NCBI GenBank assembly: GCA_025058055.1
Contig: JANXEU010000015.1
Span: 1-59,983, forward strand
Source of the DNA: Candidatus Calditenuaceae archaeon
GTDB taxonomy: Archaea > Thermoproteota > Nitrososphaeria_A > Caldarchaeales > Calditenuaceae
Length of the DNA stretch: 59,983 nucleotides
Direction: 5' to 3'
Below, one piece after another: positions 1 to 7,570 of the stretch (its first letter is position 1; each line of letters starts with the position of its first letter). The notes beneath the pieces were generated by a model. That model did not search any database. It was given only the letters and a program-made list of their open reading frames with translations, and was not told the origin of the DNA. The translations under genes and the position numbers were made by a program.

Positions 1-339
1 TACACCAGTTACAGGTGCTTCCTCCACCCGGCGAGGTACAACGACCTCCTGAAGGACCAGAAGTTCATCGACAGCATGATGTTCGGGGAGTCGCTGGACA
101 AGACGACCGGCATGCAGTCGAAGTCCACCGTGGGAATAGACATTCACGTGACGAGCGTCGTCCCAAGGGAGAAGGTGCTTCTCGTGAACCCCGAGAGGTC
201 GCTGGTTGGGACGGTCTATCAGAGCCTCATAGTCGAGCCAGTGGAGGTCAGCACGACGCTGACCGGAATAGACGCCTACATGCACATCGCGGCCAAGGTC
301 GCAGACCCCCGCGCGATCGCAAGACTGAGGTTGACATGA
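1..339 (+). CDS. 3' end of a CDS entering from the left edge; the C-terminus resembles HK97-fold capsid / encapsulin shell proteins
   Basis: Frame 1 is open from base 1 to TGA 337-339. The tail ...GIDIHVTSVVPREKVLLVNPERSLVGTVYQSLIVEPVEV...AYMHIAAKVADPRAIARLRLT resembles, by eye, the C-terminal strands of encapsulin/HK97 major-capsid-fold proteins. The N-terminus lies outside the window. Confidence 0.35.
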   Translation, partial: YTSYRCFLHPARYNDLLKDQKFIDSMMFGESLDKTTGMQSKSTVGIDIHVTSVVPREKVLLVNPERSLVGTVYQSLIVEPVEVSTTLTGIDAYMHIAAKVADPRAIARLRLT

Positions 340-512
340 GCGGCAGAGACGAACACTGGGAGGTCATCTACGTCAGGAGGGACACTCACAACATGTTGAA
401 GCGACAGGCTCTGGAGAGGAGCGTCACCATGAGGGAGCTCGCCGACAGGATCCTTTACGCTGCCCTCTCCGACAGGGACTCCTTGGAGAGGTTGTTGAGG
501 CGCTACGCTTGA
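336..512 (+). CDS. small ribbon-helix-helix (CopG/Arc-like) DNA-binding protein
   Basis: ATG 336 overlaps the upstream stop (ATGA). The 58-aa product MSGRDEHWEVIYVRRDTHNMLKRQALERSVTMRELADRILYAAL... has the strand-helix-helix RHH pattern. The 165-aa ORF in the track (15..512) is the same frame extended through the shadow of the upstream gene. Confidence 0.55.
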   Translation: MSGRDEHWEVIYVRRDTHNMLKRQALERSVTMRELADRILYAALSDRDSLERLLRRYA

Positions 513-617
513 TCTACCTAATTCCCGTGTGTTTTTCGAGTAATATCTCCCCATTTTCCCCCCCATTCCCGGCTTAAACCCATATATTGCCAAACTCGTG
601 TGACGTGCTGAACGGAA

Positions 618-794
618 TTGGCACGAGATCTGCTCATAGTGGAGACAAAGGTGAGGCAAATGCTCCCGGAGGGCATAAGGCTGAAGGAGGACGCGCTTGA
701 GGGTCTCAACGAGCTCGTTAAGGAGGCCGTGCTGAAGGCTGTGAAGAGGTGCCAAGCCAACAACAGGAAGACGATCATTAAGGAAGACTTCTGA
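618..794 (+). CDS. small histone-fold (archaeal histone / DUF1931-like) protein
   Basis: Below the 60-aa cutoff of the ORF track. Runs from TTG 618 (alternatives GTG 639, ATG 660) to TGA 792-794. MARDLLIVETKVRQMLPEGIRLKEDALEGLNELVKEAVLKAVKRCQANNRKTIIKEDF fits the alpha2-L2-alpha3 pattern of histone folds (R-V/L-S/K-x-D-A ... A..xA...RKTI..ED). TATA-like CCATATATTG lies at 580-589, about 27 nt before the predicted TSS. Confidence 0.5.
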   Translation: MARDLLIVETKVRQMLPEGIRLKEDALEGLNELVKEAVLKAVKRCQANNRKTIIKEDF

Positions 795-871
795 CATTAA
801 CGAATCACTTCACAGAGTTTGTTTTAATTTCTGTCGGTCGGGTGTAATAGGTATCGGAGTTGGGGTTCTTC

Positions 872-947
872 TGCGGCCGCCGGGATTTGAACCCGGGATC
901 TGCGGGCCGGAAACCCGCCGTCCTGATCCAGGCTAGACGACGGCCGC
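872..947 (-). tRNA. tRNA-Gly (anticodon UCC)
   Basis: The reverse complement folds as a cloverleaf. Acceptor GCGGCCG/CGGCCGC, D stem GTCT/GGAC, anticodon stem GCGGG/CCCGC with loop TTTCCGG, T arm CCGGG-TTCAAAT-CCCGG, discriminator A. 76 nt, no intron, CCA not encoded. Confidence 0.92.
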
Positions 948-970
948 CTTCAACCTCTACCTTGGCTTGA

Positions 971-978
971 AATATAAA
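971..978 (-). promoter_or_regulatory. TATA box of tRNA-Gly
   Basis: TTTATATT on the minus strand, centred about 27 nt upstream of the tRNA 5' end (947). Confidence 0.5.
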
Positions 979-1100
979 CTTCCGTGAAAGAGAGGTTCAG
1001 CACACCAATTGGAGCTCTGTCCTCGAAAGCCCCTGATCGGATATGCCGCTCAAGGCAAGTCCTTATATGAGGACGCAGCGAAGTAGGCACGGTGGTCTGA

Positions 1101-1385
1101 TTGCCTGTTAAGAGGAAGAACAGGGGGAGGACGAAGGGTCAGAAGGGCTCGGAGCCAGTGATTCAGTGCGACAACTGCGGAGCCTTCGTGCCGAGGAGCA
1201 AGGTTCAGCGAGTAACGCGAAGGGTCTCGTTGGTCAGAGGTGATCTCGCGAGGGAGCTTAAGTCGTCGGGCGCGTACATAGCGGAGAACGTCATCACCGA
1301 GAACCTCTGCATTTCGTGCGCGATACATTACGGCGTTCTTAAGGTCAGGGCAAGGGAGGAGAGAAGGCCTACCGAGTTCGTCTGA
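1101..1385 (+). CDS. rps26e: 30S ribosomal protein eS26
   Basis: TTG start. MPVKRKNRGRTKGQKGSEPVIQCDNCGAFVPRSK...CISCAIH has the basic N-terminus plus CxxC...CxxC zinc ribbon typical of eS26. TATA-like CTTATATG at 1062-1069. Confidence 0.9.
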   Translation: MPVKRKNRGRTKGQKGSEPVIQCDNCGAFVPRSKVQRVTRRVSLVRGDLARELKSSGAYIAENVITENLCISCAIHYGVLKVRAREERRPTEFV

Positions 1386-1391
1386 GAGACC

Positions 1392-1925
1392 TCACTGTCC
1401 GAGGGGAGAGGACCTTATCCTTCTCAGCACCTCTTCGAAGTGTGAGGGCAGATCTCTCAACGCCTCGAGGTCTGAGGCGCTGAACATCGAAGCTCCCTGA
1501 TCTCCCAGCGAGTTCACGTGCTCCGAAAGCACCTCGCCACGCGTTCTCGACTCGTCAGGCAGGACGTCTTCCGACATGGGTATCGAGAGCCCCGCGTCGA
1601 TCGCTCCCTTCACCGCAGCGAAGACTCTCGCGCCCTTAGAAGGCGTCCGCATGCCTATGTCGGCCACGGCCTCCGAGTAACCCTTGGACCTAGCCAGAGC
1701 TCCTGCAAGGTATCCGGTGAGGTATGCAGCGGGAGTGTTCTTGAGTCCGGCCCTCCATCCGTACCTCTTCAGTGCCTTCGAATTTACCGTGAGAACCGTC
1801 TTGTCACCGCCGACCTTGGGTTCCACCAGCTGAACGATGAAGTGCCTGTTGGTCCTCCTCACCACGAGCCTTGGCTTTCTGGACTTAATCATCCTGTACC
1901 TTCTCCTGTAGTCGGTCATTCCCAA
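1392..1925 (-). CDS. rpl18: 50S ribosomal protein uL18 (L18/L5e)
   Basis: TDYRRRYRMIKSRKPRLVVRRTNRHFIVQLVEP...NTPAAYLTGYLAG is the classic uL18 N-terminal pattern. Confidence 0.9.
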   Translation of the reverse strand: MGMTDYRRRYRMIKSRKPRLVVRRTNRHFIVQLVEPKVGGDKTVLTVNSKALKRYGWRAGLKNTPAAYLTGYLAGALARSKGYSEAVADIGMRTPSKGARVFAAVKGAIDAGLSIPMSEDVLPDESRTRGEVLSEHVNSLGDQGASMFSASDLEALRDLPSHFEEVLRRIRSSPLGQ

Positions 1926-1970
1926 CCTTCTCCTCCTAGGCGGGAAACGCTTAAGCTCGCTCAGGACCGC

Positions 1971-2387
1971 TCACCTCTTTCCCAGCTTCCTCATCTCGGT
2001 CAACAAGTTCCTGATGTCGGCAACCGATTTGAAGCGCCCCGCCTTCGCCTGAAGGTACAGCCTCCTGTAAGTGCTCCTGTCGATAACCCCGTTGTCCCTC
2101 AATCTCTTGAGGTACCTCCTCTGAGCCCTAACCCTCATCGCCCACCTCTCCTTCCTAGTGAGGGTTGAGTACTTCCCTCCCTTCCTCATCCTCTTCTCCT
2201 TGGCCCTCAGTCTGGTCTGGCCGGTAACGGGTTTGGTGTAGATCACACCCTCCGCTATCAGCGCCCTCACGTCCTCTCTGGTGATCGCGTCTTCAACGTC
2301 CTCTAGCCTCTCTGGATCGAACCTCACCCTGTTCTCACCCACTCCCAGCAAGTCCGCGGCTAACCTCCTCTGAAGCCTCAGCTGCAT
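1971..2387 (-). CDS. rpl19e: 50S ribosomal protein eL19
   Basis: MQLRLQRRLAADLLGVGENRVRFDPERLEDVEDAITREDVRALI... followed by a basic C-terminal half; typical eL19. Lies directly upstream of uL18, as in the archaeal spc-like cluster. Confidence 0.9.
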   Translation of the reverse strand: MQLRLQRRLAADLLGVGENRVRFDPERLEDVEDAITREDVRALIAEGVIYTKPVTGQTRLRAKEKRMRKGGKYSTLTRKERWAMRVRAQRRYLKRLRDNGVIDRSTYRRLYLQAKAGRFKSVADIRNLLTEMRKLGKR

Positions 2388-2535
2388 GTCCTTCCCGGTC
2401 CTTCACCTCTCCCTTCTCATATACGTAGCGAGCCCTCGGAAACCGAGACTTCACGTTCGATGGGCTTCGCGGTCCCTGAGTCCAGCTTTACTCGGTTAAC
2501 CGTCTTCGGAAGGAGGTCGGAACTTTAAGGGGACA

Positions 2536-3423
2536 ATGACTATATTCGGTTTAGGAGTTGCGATGACGATGATCAGGAAGGCGGTGATCACCGCAGCCGG
2601 TCTTGGGACGAGGCTCATTCCGGCCACCAAGGAGATGCCGAAGGAGATGCTGCCGATCTTCGTCAGAAGCGACTCGGGACCCGTTCTGAAGCCCCTCCTT
2701 CAGGTCCTCTTCGAGAAGCTCTACGAGTTCGGCATCAAGGAGTTCTGTTTCGTCGTGGGCAGAGGCAAGCGTGCGATCGAGGACCACTTCACACCCGATT
2801 GGGAGTTCGTGGAGAAGCTGGAGTCTAAAGGCAAGACCAATCAGGCAGGTGAACTCGAGGGTTTCTATCGCATGTTGGAGAAATCCGTGATTGTATGGGT
2901 CAATCAGCCCTCACCGTTGGGGTTCGGTGACGCGGTACTTCGTTCGCGCCCCTTCGCCGACGAGGATTTTCTGCTGTGTGCGGGCGACACTTACGTCCAC
3001 TCTCCTAACAACGATTTCCTCAAGTCTCTGAAGGCCCTGCGGGCCGAGTCTATCTGCGAAGTCTCACTCCTTCTCAGAAGGATTGAGAATCCCAGCAGGT
3101 TCGGAGTAGCGGTCGTTGAGGACGATACAGTCGATCGCCTGAGGGTGGTGAGGGTGGTGGAGAAGCCCTCAGTTCCCCCCAGCGACCTAGCCATCCTCCC
3201 CTTCTACGTCTTCACTCCCCAAATCTTCGACGCTCTCGATTCGATAGGTCTAGGGTATGGTGGCGAGTTCCAGCTCACCGATGCGATTCAACTGCTCATC
3301 GATCGGGGTAAGGTGGTCATGGCCGTCGAGCTTCCCGACTCAGACATCTGGCTAGACGTGGGCACTCCTGAGTCCTACTTCGAGGCCCTCAAGATCTCCT
3401 ACGCGCTCTCCGGAGGTGCCTGA
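2536..3423 (+). CDS. galU: UTP-glucose-1-phosphate uridylyltransferase (GalU-type sugar nucleotidyltransferase)
   Basis: KAVITAAGLGTRLIPATKEMPKEMLPI is the GalU signature. The real start is probably ATG 2563 (MTMIRKAVI), given the TATA-like ACTTTAAGG at about 2522-2530. Confidence 0.8.
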   Translation: MTIFGLGVAMTMIRKAVITAAGLGTRLIPATKEMPKEMLPIFVRSDSGPVLKPLLQVLFEKLYEFGIKEFCFVVGRGKRAIEDHFTPDWEFVEKLESKGKTNQAGELEGFYRMLEKSVIVWVNQPSPLGFGDAVLRSRPFADEDFLLCAGDTYVHSPNNDFLKSLKALRAESICEVSLLLRRIENPSRFGVAVVEDDTVDRLRVVRVVEKPSVPPSDLAILPFYVFTPQIFDALDSIGLGYGGEFQLTDAIQLLIDRGKVVMAVELPDSDIWLDVGTPESYFEALKISYALSGGA

Positions 3424-3425
3424 CG

Positions 3426-4790
3426 TTGGTCGGTGCCTCGCGCTTACCGAGTCTTTCACGCATCTCGGTTGTAGGGTTAGGATACGTTGGGCTGACCGTC
3501 GCAGCAGTTCTCGCTTCGAAAGGGTTCAAGGTGATCGGGGTCGATACCGATGAAGAGAAGGTCTCAGAGGTATCCCTTGGTAGATGTCCTGTTCACGAGC
3601 CGGGGCTCGATGTTCTGGTCAGGCGGTCCGTCAGGAGGCATAACCTCAGTGCGACTACCGATTACAACGCGATACGTGAGACCTCGGTCACCTTCATCAC
3701 CGTGGGAACGCCGAGTTCTAACGATGGAGGGATCGACCTTTCTTACATACAGAGCGCGTCCAGATCCATCGGTGAATCTCTGAGCGGTAAGAGGGAGCGT
3801 CACCTAGTAGTTGTGAAGAGCACCGTCGTTCCCGGAACAACTCAACGGGTAATAGTTCCCACTCTAGAGTCCTCGAGTAATCACAGAGTTGGAGAAAGTC
3901 TCTTCGTTTGCGTCAACCCCGAGTTTCTTCGAGAGGGATCTGCGGTCAAGGACATGCTACACCCTGATAGATTGGTTCTAGGTGATGCTGGAGACGGCTC
4001 ATCGAACCTCCTACTGAACCTTTACAAAGTACTATACCGAAAGAAGATGCCGCCCGTTCTGAAAACAAATTACGTAAATGCAGAATTGATAAAATATGCT
4101 AACAACGTGTTCCTAGCTACGAGGATCAGCCTGATCAACGAGTTCGCGAACCTCTGCCAACTCATACCAGGTGCAGACGTGAATGTGGTTGCGCAGGGGA
4201 TTGGGTTAGATGAGAGGATAGGGCCCCACTTCCTTAGAGCAGGAATAGGGTTCGGTGGGAGCTGCTTCCCCAAGGACCTAAGGGCTATCATCACGCTTTC
4301 TAGAGAGCTCGGACATGACCCCGAGTTGATCAGGGTGACCTACGAAGTGAACGAGCGTCGGCCCGGCGTAGTGATCAAGATGGCTGAAGACCTCCTGGGA
4401 GATCTGAAGGGGAGACGTGTCGCGATCCTCGGTCTGGCCTTCAAACCCAATACGGACGATGTCAGAGAGGCCCCGGCTCTGAAGCTGGTTAAGCTGTTCG
4501 CGGAGAAGAAGGCAGAGGTCAAGGCCTACGACCCAGTCGCAGGAGAGAACGCGAAAAGAGTGCTGGGAAACGCCGTGACGATCGTCGACTCGATTGAGGA
4601 GTGCCTGAGAGGTGCAGACCTTTGCGTCCTAGCTACAGAGTGGGACGAGTTCAGGGCTCTCCGACCGGAGCACTTCATCGGATTCATGAGGGAGCCTGTG
4701 CTGATCGATGGCAGGAGAATTTACGACCCGAAGGAGTTCTCGAGCAAGATGAGGTTCAGGGCCATCGGATTGGGAACTAACGATGGATAA
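3426..4790 (+). CDS. ugd: UDP-glucose 6-dehydrogenase / nucleotide-sugar dehydrogenase
   Basis: N-terminal Rossmann motif ISVVGLGYVGLTVAAVLA and catalytic GFGGSCFPKDLRA. TTG start 2 nt after the galU stop. Confidence 0.85.
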   Translation: MVGASRLPSLSRISVVGLGYVGLTVAAVLASKGFKVIGVDTDEEKVSEVSLGRCPVHEPGLDVLVRRSVRRHNLSATTDYNAIRETSVTFITVGTPSSNDGGIDLSYIQSASRSIGESLSGKRERHLVVVKSTVVPGTTQRVIVPTLESSSNHRVGESLFVCVNPEFLREGSAVKDMLHPDRLVLGDAGDGSSNLLLNLYKVLYRKKMPPVLKTNYVNAELIKYANNVFLATRISLINEFANLCQLIPGADVNVVAQGIGLDERIGPHFLRAGIGFGGSCFPKDLRAIITLSRELGHDPELIRVTYEVNERRPGVVIKMAEDLLGDLKGRRVAILGLAFKPNTDDVREAPALKLVKLFAEKKAEVKAYDPVAGENAKRVLGNAVTIVDSIEECLRGADLCVLATEWDEFRALRPEHFIGFMREPVLIDGRRIYDPKEFSSKMRFRAIGLGTNDG

Positions 4791-4793
4791 GGT

Positions 4794-5762
4794 TCAGGTA
4801 GATCTCGTCGTGCCCCGTCGAGGCAGATACCACTCAACGTATCTCCGCACCATAGTTTGGAGGGCAATGTTAGGTGACCAACCGAGCTCTCGCATAACTT
4901 TGCTGTTATCACTGTAGCTTTCGAGCGACTCATGCGGTGCGAGTTCTCTCCTTACCACCTCGACTCTCCTCCCTATCACCTTCATCATCTCGTAGGCAAG
5001 GGCCTCGACGCTGACTGGTTCCCCCCTTCCGACGTTGTAGATCTCCCCTCTCCTCCCCCTATAGGAGACGAGGACGGTCATCGCGACAGCATCGCCGACA
5101 TAGATGAAGTCCCTCGTAGCAGGCCTGAAGACGCCATCGACAGTTCTGCCGTTCACCTCGACCGGCTGACCAGAAGAGATCCTGTCAGCGAAGACCTTGA
5201 AGACGATGTTTGACTTGCACCTCTCACCGACGACGTTGAAGTACCTCACGATCGTTGCGTCGAGCCCGTAGTCCGCCACGTAGCCCTTCACCAGCTCCTC
5301 TCCGATCCACTTGCTGAGCGCGTAGGGTCCCTTCGGTCTCGGAGGCAGGTCTTCGGACAAAGGTGGCTTCTGGTCGCCGTAGACGCTGCTGGATGACGTG
5401 AAGACGACTTTCGGTGACGGTTCGCACCTCCTCGCCGCTTCGAGGACGTTCAAGAGCGTCGTTATGTTGTTCTCTAAGAAGGTGTGAGGCTGGAGGACGC
5501 TGAGCCTGTGTGACGACAGGGCCGCGAGGTGGAAGACCTTCTCAGGTGAGTAATGCGCGATCAGCTGAATTACCTGCTCCGGGGACCTGAGGTCCATCAT
5601 AACGAGAACGATCCTCCCTTCGCGATGCCCGACGAGAAGTTCTTCCAAGCTGTTCTCCCCGAGCGTCGGGTGCCCCACAGCCAGTACTTTGGATCCTGAT
5701 GTGAGCAGCGATTCGATAAGGTGGCTCCCTATGAATCCGAAGGCACCGGTCACCAGCATCAT
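4794..5762 (-). CDS. NAD-dependent epimerase/dehydratase (extended SDR; UDP-glucuronate decarboxylase/4-epimerase-like)
   Basis: MLVTGAFGFIGSHL glycine-rich loop and the YALSK catalytic dyad. The ORF in the track starts at 5786, but the TATA box at 5788-5796 favours the ATG at 5762 (MMLVTG...), which would be leaderless. Confidence 0.8.
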   Translation of the reverse strand: MMLVTGAFGFIGSHLIESLLTSGSKVLAVGHPTLGENSLEELLVGHREGRIVLVMMDLRSPEQVIQLIAHYSPEKVFHLAALSSHRLSVLQPHTFLENNITTLLNVLEAARRCEPSPKVVFTSSSSVYGDQKPPLSEDLPPRPKGPYALSKWIGEELVKGYVADYGLDATIVRYFNVVGERCKSNIVFKVFADRISSGQPVEVNGRTVDGVFRPATRDFIYVGDAVAMTVLVSYRGRRGEIYNVGRGEPVSVEALAYEMMKVIGRRVEVVRRELAPHESLESYSDNSKVMRELGWSPNIALQTMVRRYVEWYLPRRGTTRST

Positions 5763-5787
5763 TTCTCCTCCATCTGGGCCCATCATT

Positions 5788-5796
5788 CATATTAGG
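5788..5796 (-). promoter_or_regulatory. TATA box of the SDR gene
   Basis: CCTAATATG on the minus strand within GCAACCTAATAT. The same 12-mer recurs upstream of tRNA-Thr. Confidence 0.45.
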
Positions 5797-5831
5797 TTGC
5801 ACGTGCGTATGTGTCTGACAGGTCATAAGTA

Positions 5832-5932
5832 AGCCCCGGGCGGGACTTGAACCCGCGACCCCCGGCTCTCTGCACCCTTGCAGCTCTTAGGCTTACCAAG
5901 CCGGTGCTCTCACCGAGCTGAGCTACCGGGGC
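5832..5932 (-). tRNA. tRNA-Thr (anticodon GGU) with a 26-nt intron at or next to the canonical 37/38 site
   Basis: Acceptor GCCCCGG/CCGGGGC, D stem GCTC/GAGC, anticodon stem CCGGC/GCCGG, loop TTGGTAA, T arm GCGGG-TTCAAGT-CCCGC. A 26-nt insert (about 5868-5893, AGCCTAAGAGCTGCAAGGGTGCAGAG) interrupts it and carries an internal CTGCA/TGCAG hairpin. 101 nt unspliced, 75 nt mature. Confidence 0.85.
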
Positions 5933-5956
5933 GCTGTTCTGCTATCTTCCCGTCTT

Positions 5957-5966
5957 CAATATTAGG
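5957..5966 (-). promoter_or_regulatory. TATA box of tRNA-Thr
   Basis: CCTAATATTG on the minus strand, centred about 29 nt upstream of the tRNA 5' end. Confidence 0.5.
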
Positions 5967-6074
5967 TTGCCCAGTTGGGATGACCGTTTACCTCGAACAC
6001 GTTCGCGAGTCCTCCGAGCTTTACGAAGGTTTTGACCGTTTAATGGTTATATAGCAATTTTTGAGAAACAGCCT

Positions 6075-7088
6075 ATGGCGAATGGGGCAAGAAGAGCTGT
6101 TCTTCTCCTTTCGCTGGCCATTGTACTAGCTCTCGGGTTGATCTACCCTGTGCTCAACGCGACCACGGTAACTAGGACTATCACGACGACCGTCGTGTCT
6201 CCTGGGACGACGTTCGTCACGGTCGTAACGGCTCAGGGCAGCACGGTGTCGCTTCTTGTCGAGATGCCTCGTGTCAGAATGGTCATGAGCATCGAGGTGC
6301 AGGACCAGGTCTGCGTCGTGAGGTTCGCAGCTAGAGAACAACCATCTGTGATCTCCTTCGCCGGCACGACAATTACTTTCCCGGGCACCACTGTGACCTA
6401 CGTGGTCAGCTCGCCCTTTTCAACAGCGATAACCAGCGCGCTTCCCACCCGCGTCACCACCACGGGCTACATCCAATTGGAGACGGTGACCACGATAACT
6501 GCCGATTTCGTATCGATGGTCTTCACTTATCCTCTGTCGATTTACGGCGTCATTGAGGAGGCTTGCAACCTTGCCTATCAGATATCCAGGCTTAGATTCG
6601 AACCCGAGCGGCTTCCCGCGACGTTCGTCTTCGCTATGGCTGGACAGACCCTGACCTTTGAGGGCTTCACGATGACCCTCGATCCCGGAACGATACCGGA
6701 CGTCAGGCTTACGACGACCTTCACGACGACCAGGAAGGGTGAGACCGAGGTCATCACCACTACCATTCCTGCCACGACAGTCTCCATGATGACGGTCGTC
6801 CCCGGGACAACAAGGACAACCACCGTCGTTAGGCCGGGCACCACGATCACAACCGTGACGGTAGTCACGACCGTTCTGGCCGATACCACTCCTCAACCGA
6901 CGCCGACACCTACACCTACGTCAACTCCTACACCCCGACCGACACCGACACCAACCCCCACACCCACACCGACGCCGACCAGGACCGAGGCACAACCTCT
7001 CGATGTCTCGATGCTGCTCCCCATCATAGCCGTCGTGATCGCAGTCGTCGCGGTGGGAGCCTTACTGGCCCTCAGGCGCCGCCGGTGA
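6075..7088 (+). CDS. secreted Thr/Val-rich surface protein with a Pro-Thr linker and C-terminal membrane anchor
   Basis: Signal-like N-terminus MANGARRAVLLLSLAIVLALGL, long T/V-rich stretches, a (PT)n linker, then the TM helix LLPIIAVVIAVVAVGALLAL followed by RRRR. TATA TTATATAG at 6047-6054. Confidence 0.65.
   Translation: MANGARRAVLLLSLAIVLALGLIYPVLNATTVTRTITTTVVSPGTTFVTVVTAQGSTVSLLVEMPRVRMVMSIEVQDQVCVVRFAAREQPSVISFAGTTITFPGTTVTYVVSSPFSTAITSALPTRVTTTGYIQLETVTTITADFVSMVFTYPLSIYGVIEEACNLAYQISRLRFEPERLPATFVFAMAGQTLTFEGFTMTLDPGTIPDVRLTTTFTTTRKGETEVITTTIPATTVSMMTVVPGTTRTTTVVRPGTTITTVTVVTTVLADTTPQPTPTPTPTSTPTPRPTPTPTPTPTPTPTRTEAQPLDVSMLLPIIAVVIAVVAVGALLALRRRR
6888..6984 (+). repeat. coding low-complexity Pro-Thr repeat (linker)
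   Basis: The CCN/ACN codon run encodes TPQPTPTPTPTSTPTPRPTPTPTPTPTPTPTRT. Confidence 0.8.
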
Positions 7089-7109
7089 GGCTTCTCTCTA
7101 CTGACAAGC

Positions 7110-7115
7110 TTTTTT
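7110..7115 (+). terminator. oligo-T terminator candidate
   Basis: T6 run 22 nt after the stop at 7088. Archaeal termination commonly occurs at T tracts. Confidence 0.35.
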
Positions 7116-7138
7116 GATGAGACGACCGGTCAGACTAC

Positions 7139-7570
7139 ATGGACGAGTCCGTCAGCAGGGCACTCGACTCCTGTGCCAGATTCTTGGCCGAACCCAGCGT
7201 TAACTCTGTGAGGGTTCTGATCGACTCGCTGCGGGTCCTCTCGCCTCCCGGGATAGAGTGGGGGATCGAGCTTCTGGACGTGGCCGGAACGCGGTATGTA
7301 TTGGAGGGAGGGAGGGTCACGGTCGTGAGGCTCTCGAGGGACGATTTCGGCCCCTTCATGAGGACGCAGGTGAGGGAGCTCGAGGTCGAGGATGTGCCGG
7401 AGGAGGTGCTGAAGGCCCTTCTCAGAGACCCTAAAGGTCTGATGTCTTCGATCGTGAGCCAGCTTGAGAGGTGGACTCAAACCGCGCATCCTAACAGAGA
7501 GCTCAGGGAAAGGGTTCGTGAGCTGTTGAGAGGGTTGTCTGAGTTACTTCGCGATGCCGAAGGTCCTTAG
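7139..7570 (+). CDS. hypothetical protein
   Basis: 143-aa ORF with a protein-like composition. The antisense ORF 7130..7489 is Pro/Arg/His-rich and shadow-like. No recognisable motif. Confidence 0.45.
   Translation: MDESVSRALDSCARFLAEPSVNSVRVLIDSLRVLSPPGIEWGIELLDVAGTRYVLEGGRVTVVRLSRDDFGPFMRTQVRELEVEDVPEEVLKALLRDPKGLMSSIVSQLERWTQTAHPNRELRERVRELLRGLSELLRDAEGP

Noticed and set aside
15-512. 165-aa plus-strand ORF from the track
   Set aside because: Only its last 58 codons (from ATG 336) look like a protein (RHH). The upstream part is Arg/Pro/Gly-rich and overlaps the frame-1 capsid-like CDS.
276-797. 173-aa minus-strand ORF spanning the RHH gene, the gap and the histone-fold gene
   Set aside because: It runs antisense to three better-supported plus-strand genes, its sequence has no motif, and it crosses an AT-rich promoter region. 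Typical shadow ORF in GC-rich DNA.
6888-6984. Short-period DNA repeat (ACN/CCN) considered as a possible tandem repeat element or CRISPR-like array
   Set aside because: It is in frame within a CDS and simply encodes a Pro-Thr linker, with no spacer/repeat organisation. No CRISPR array was seen anywhere in the window.
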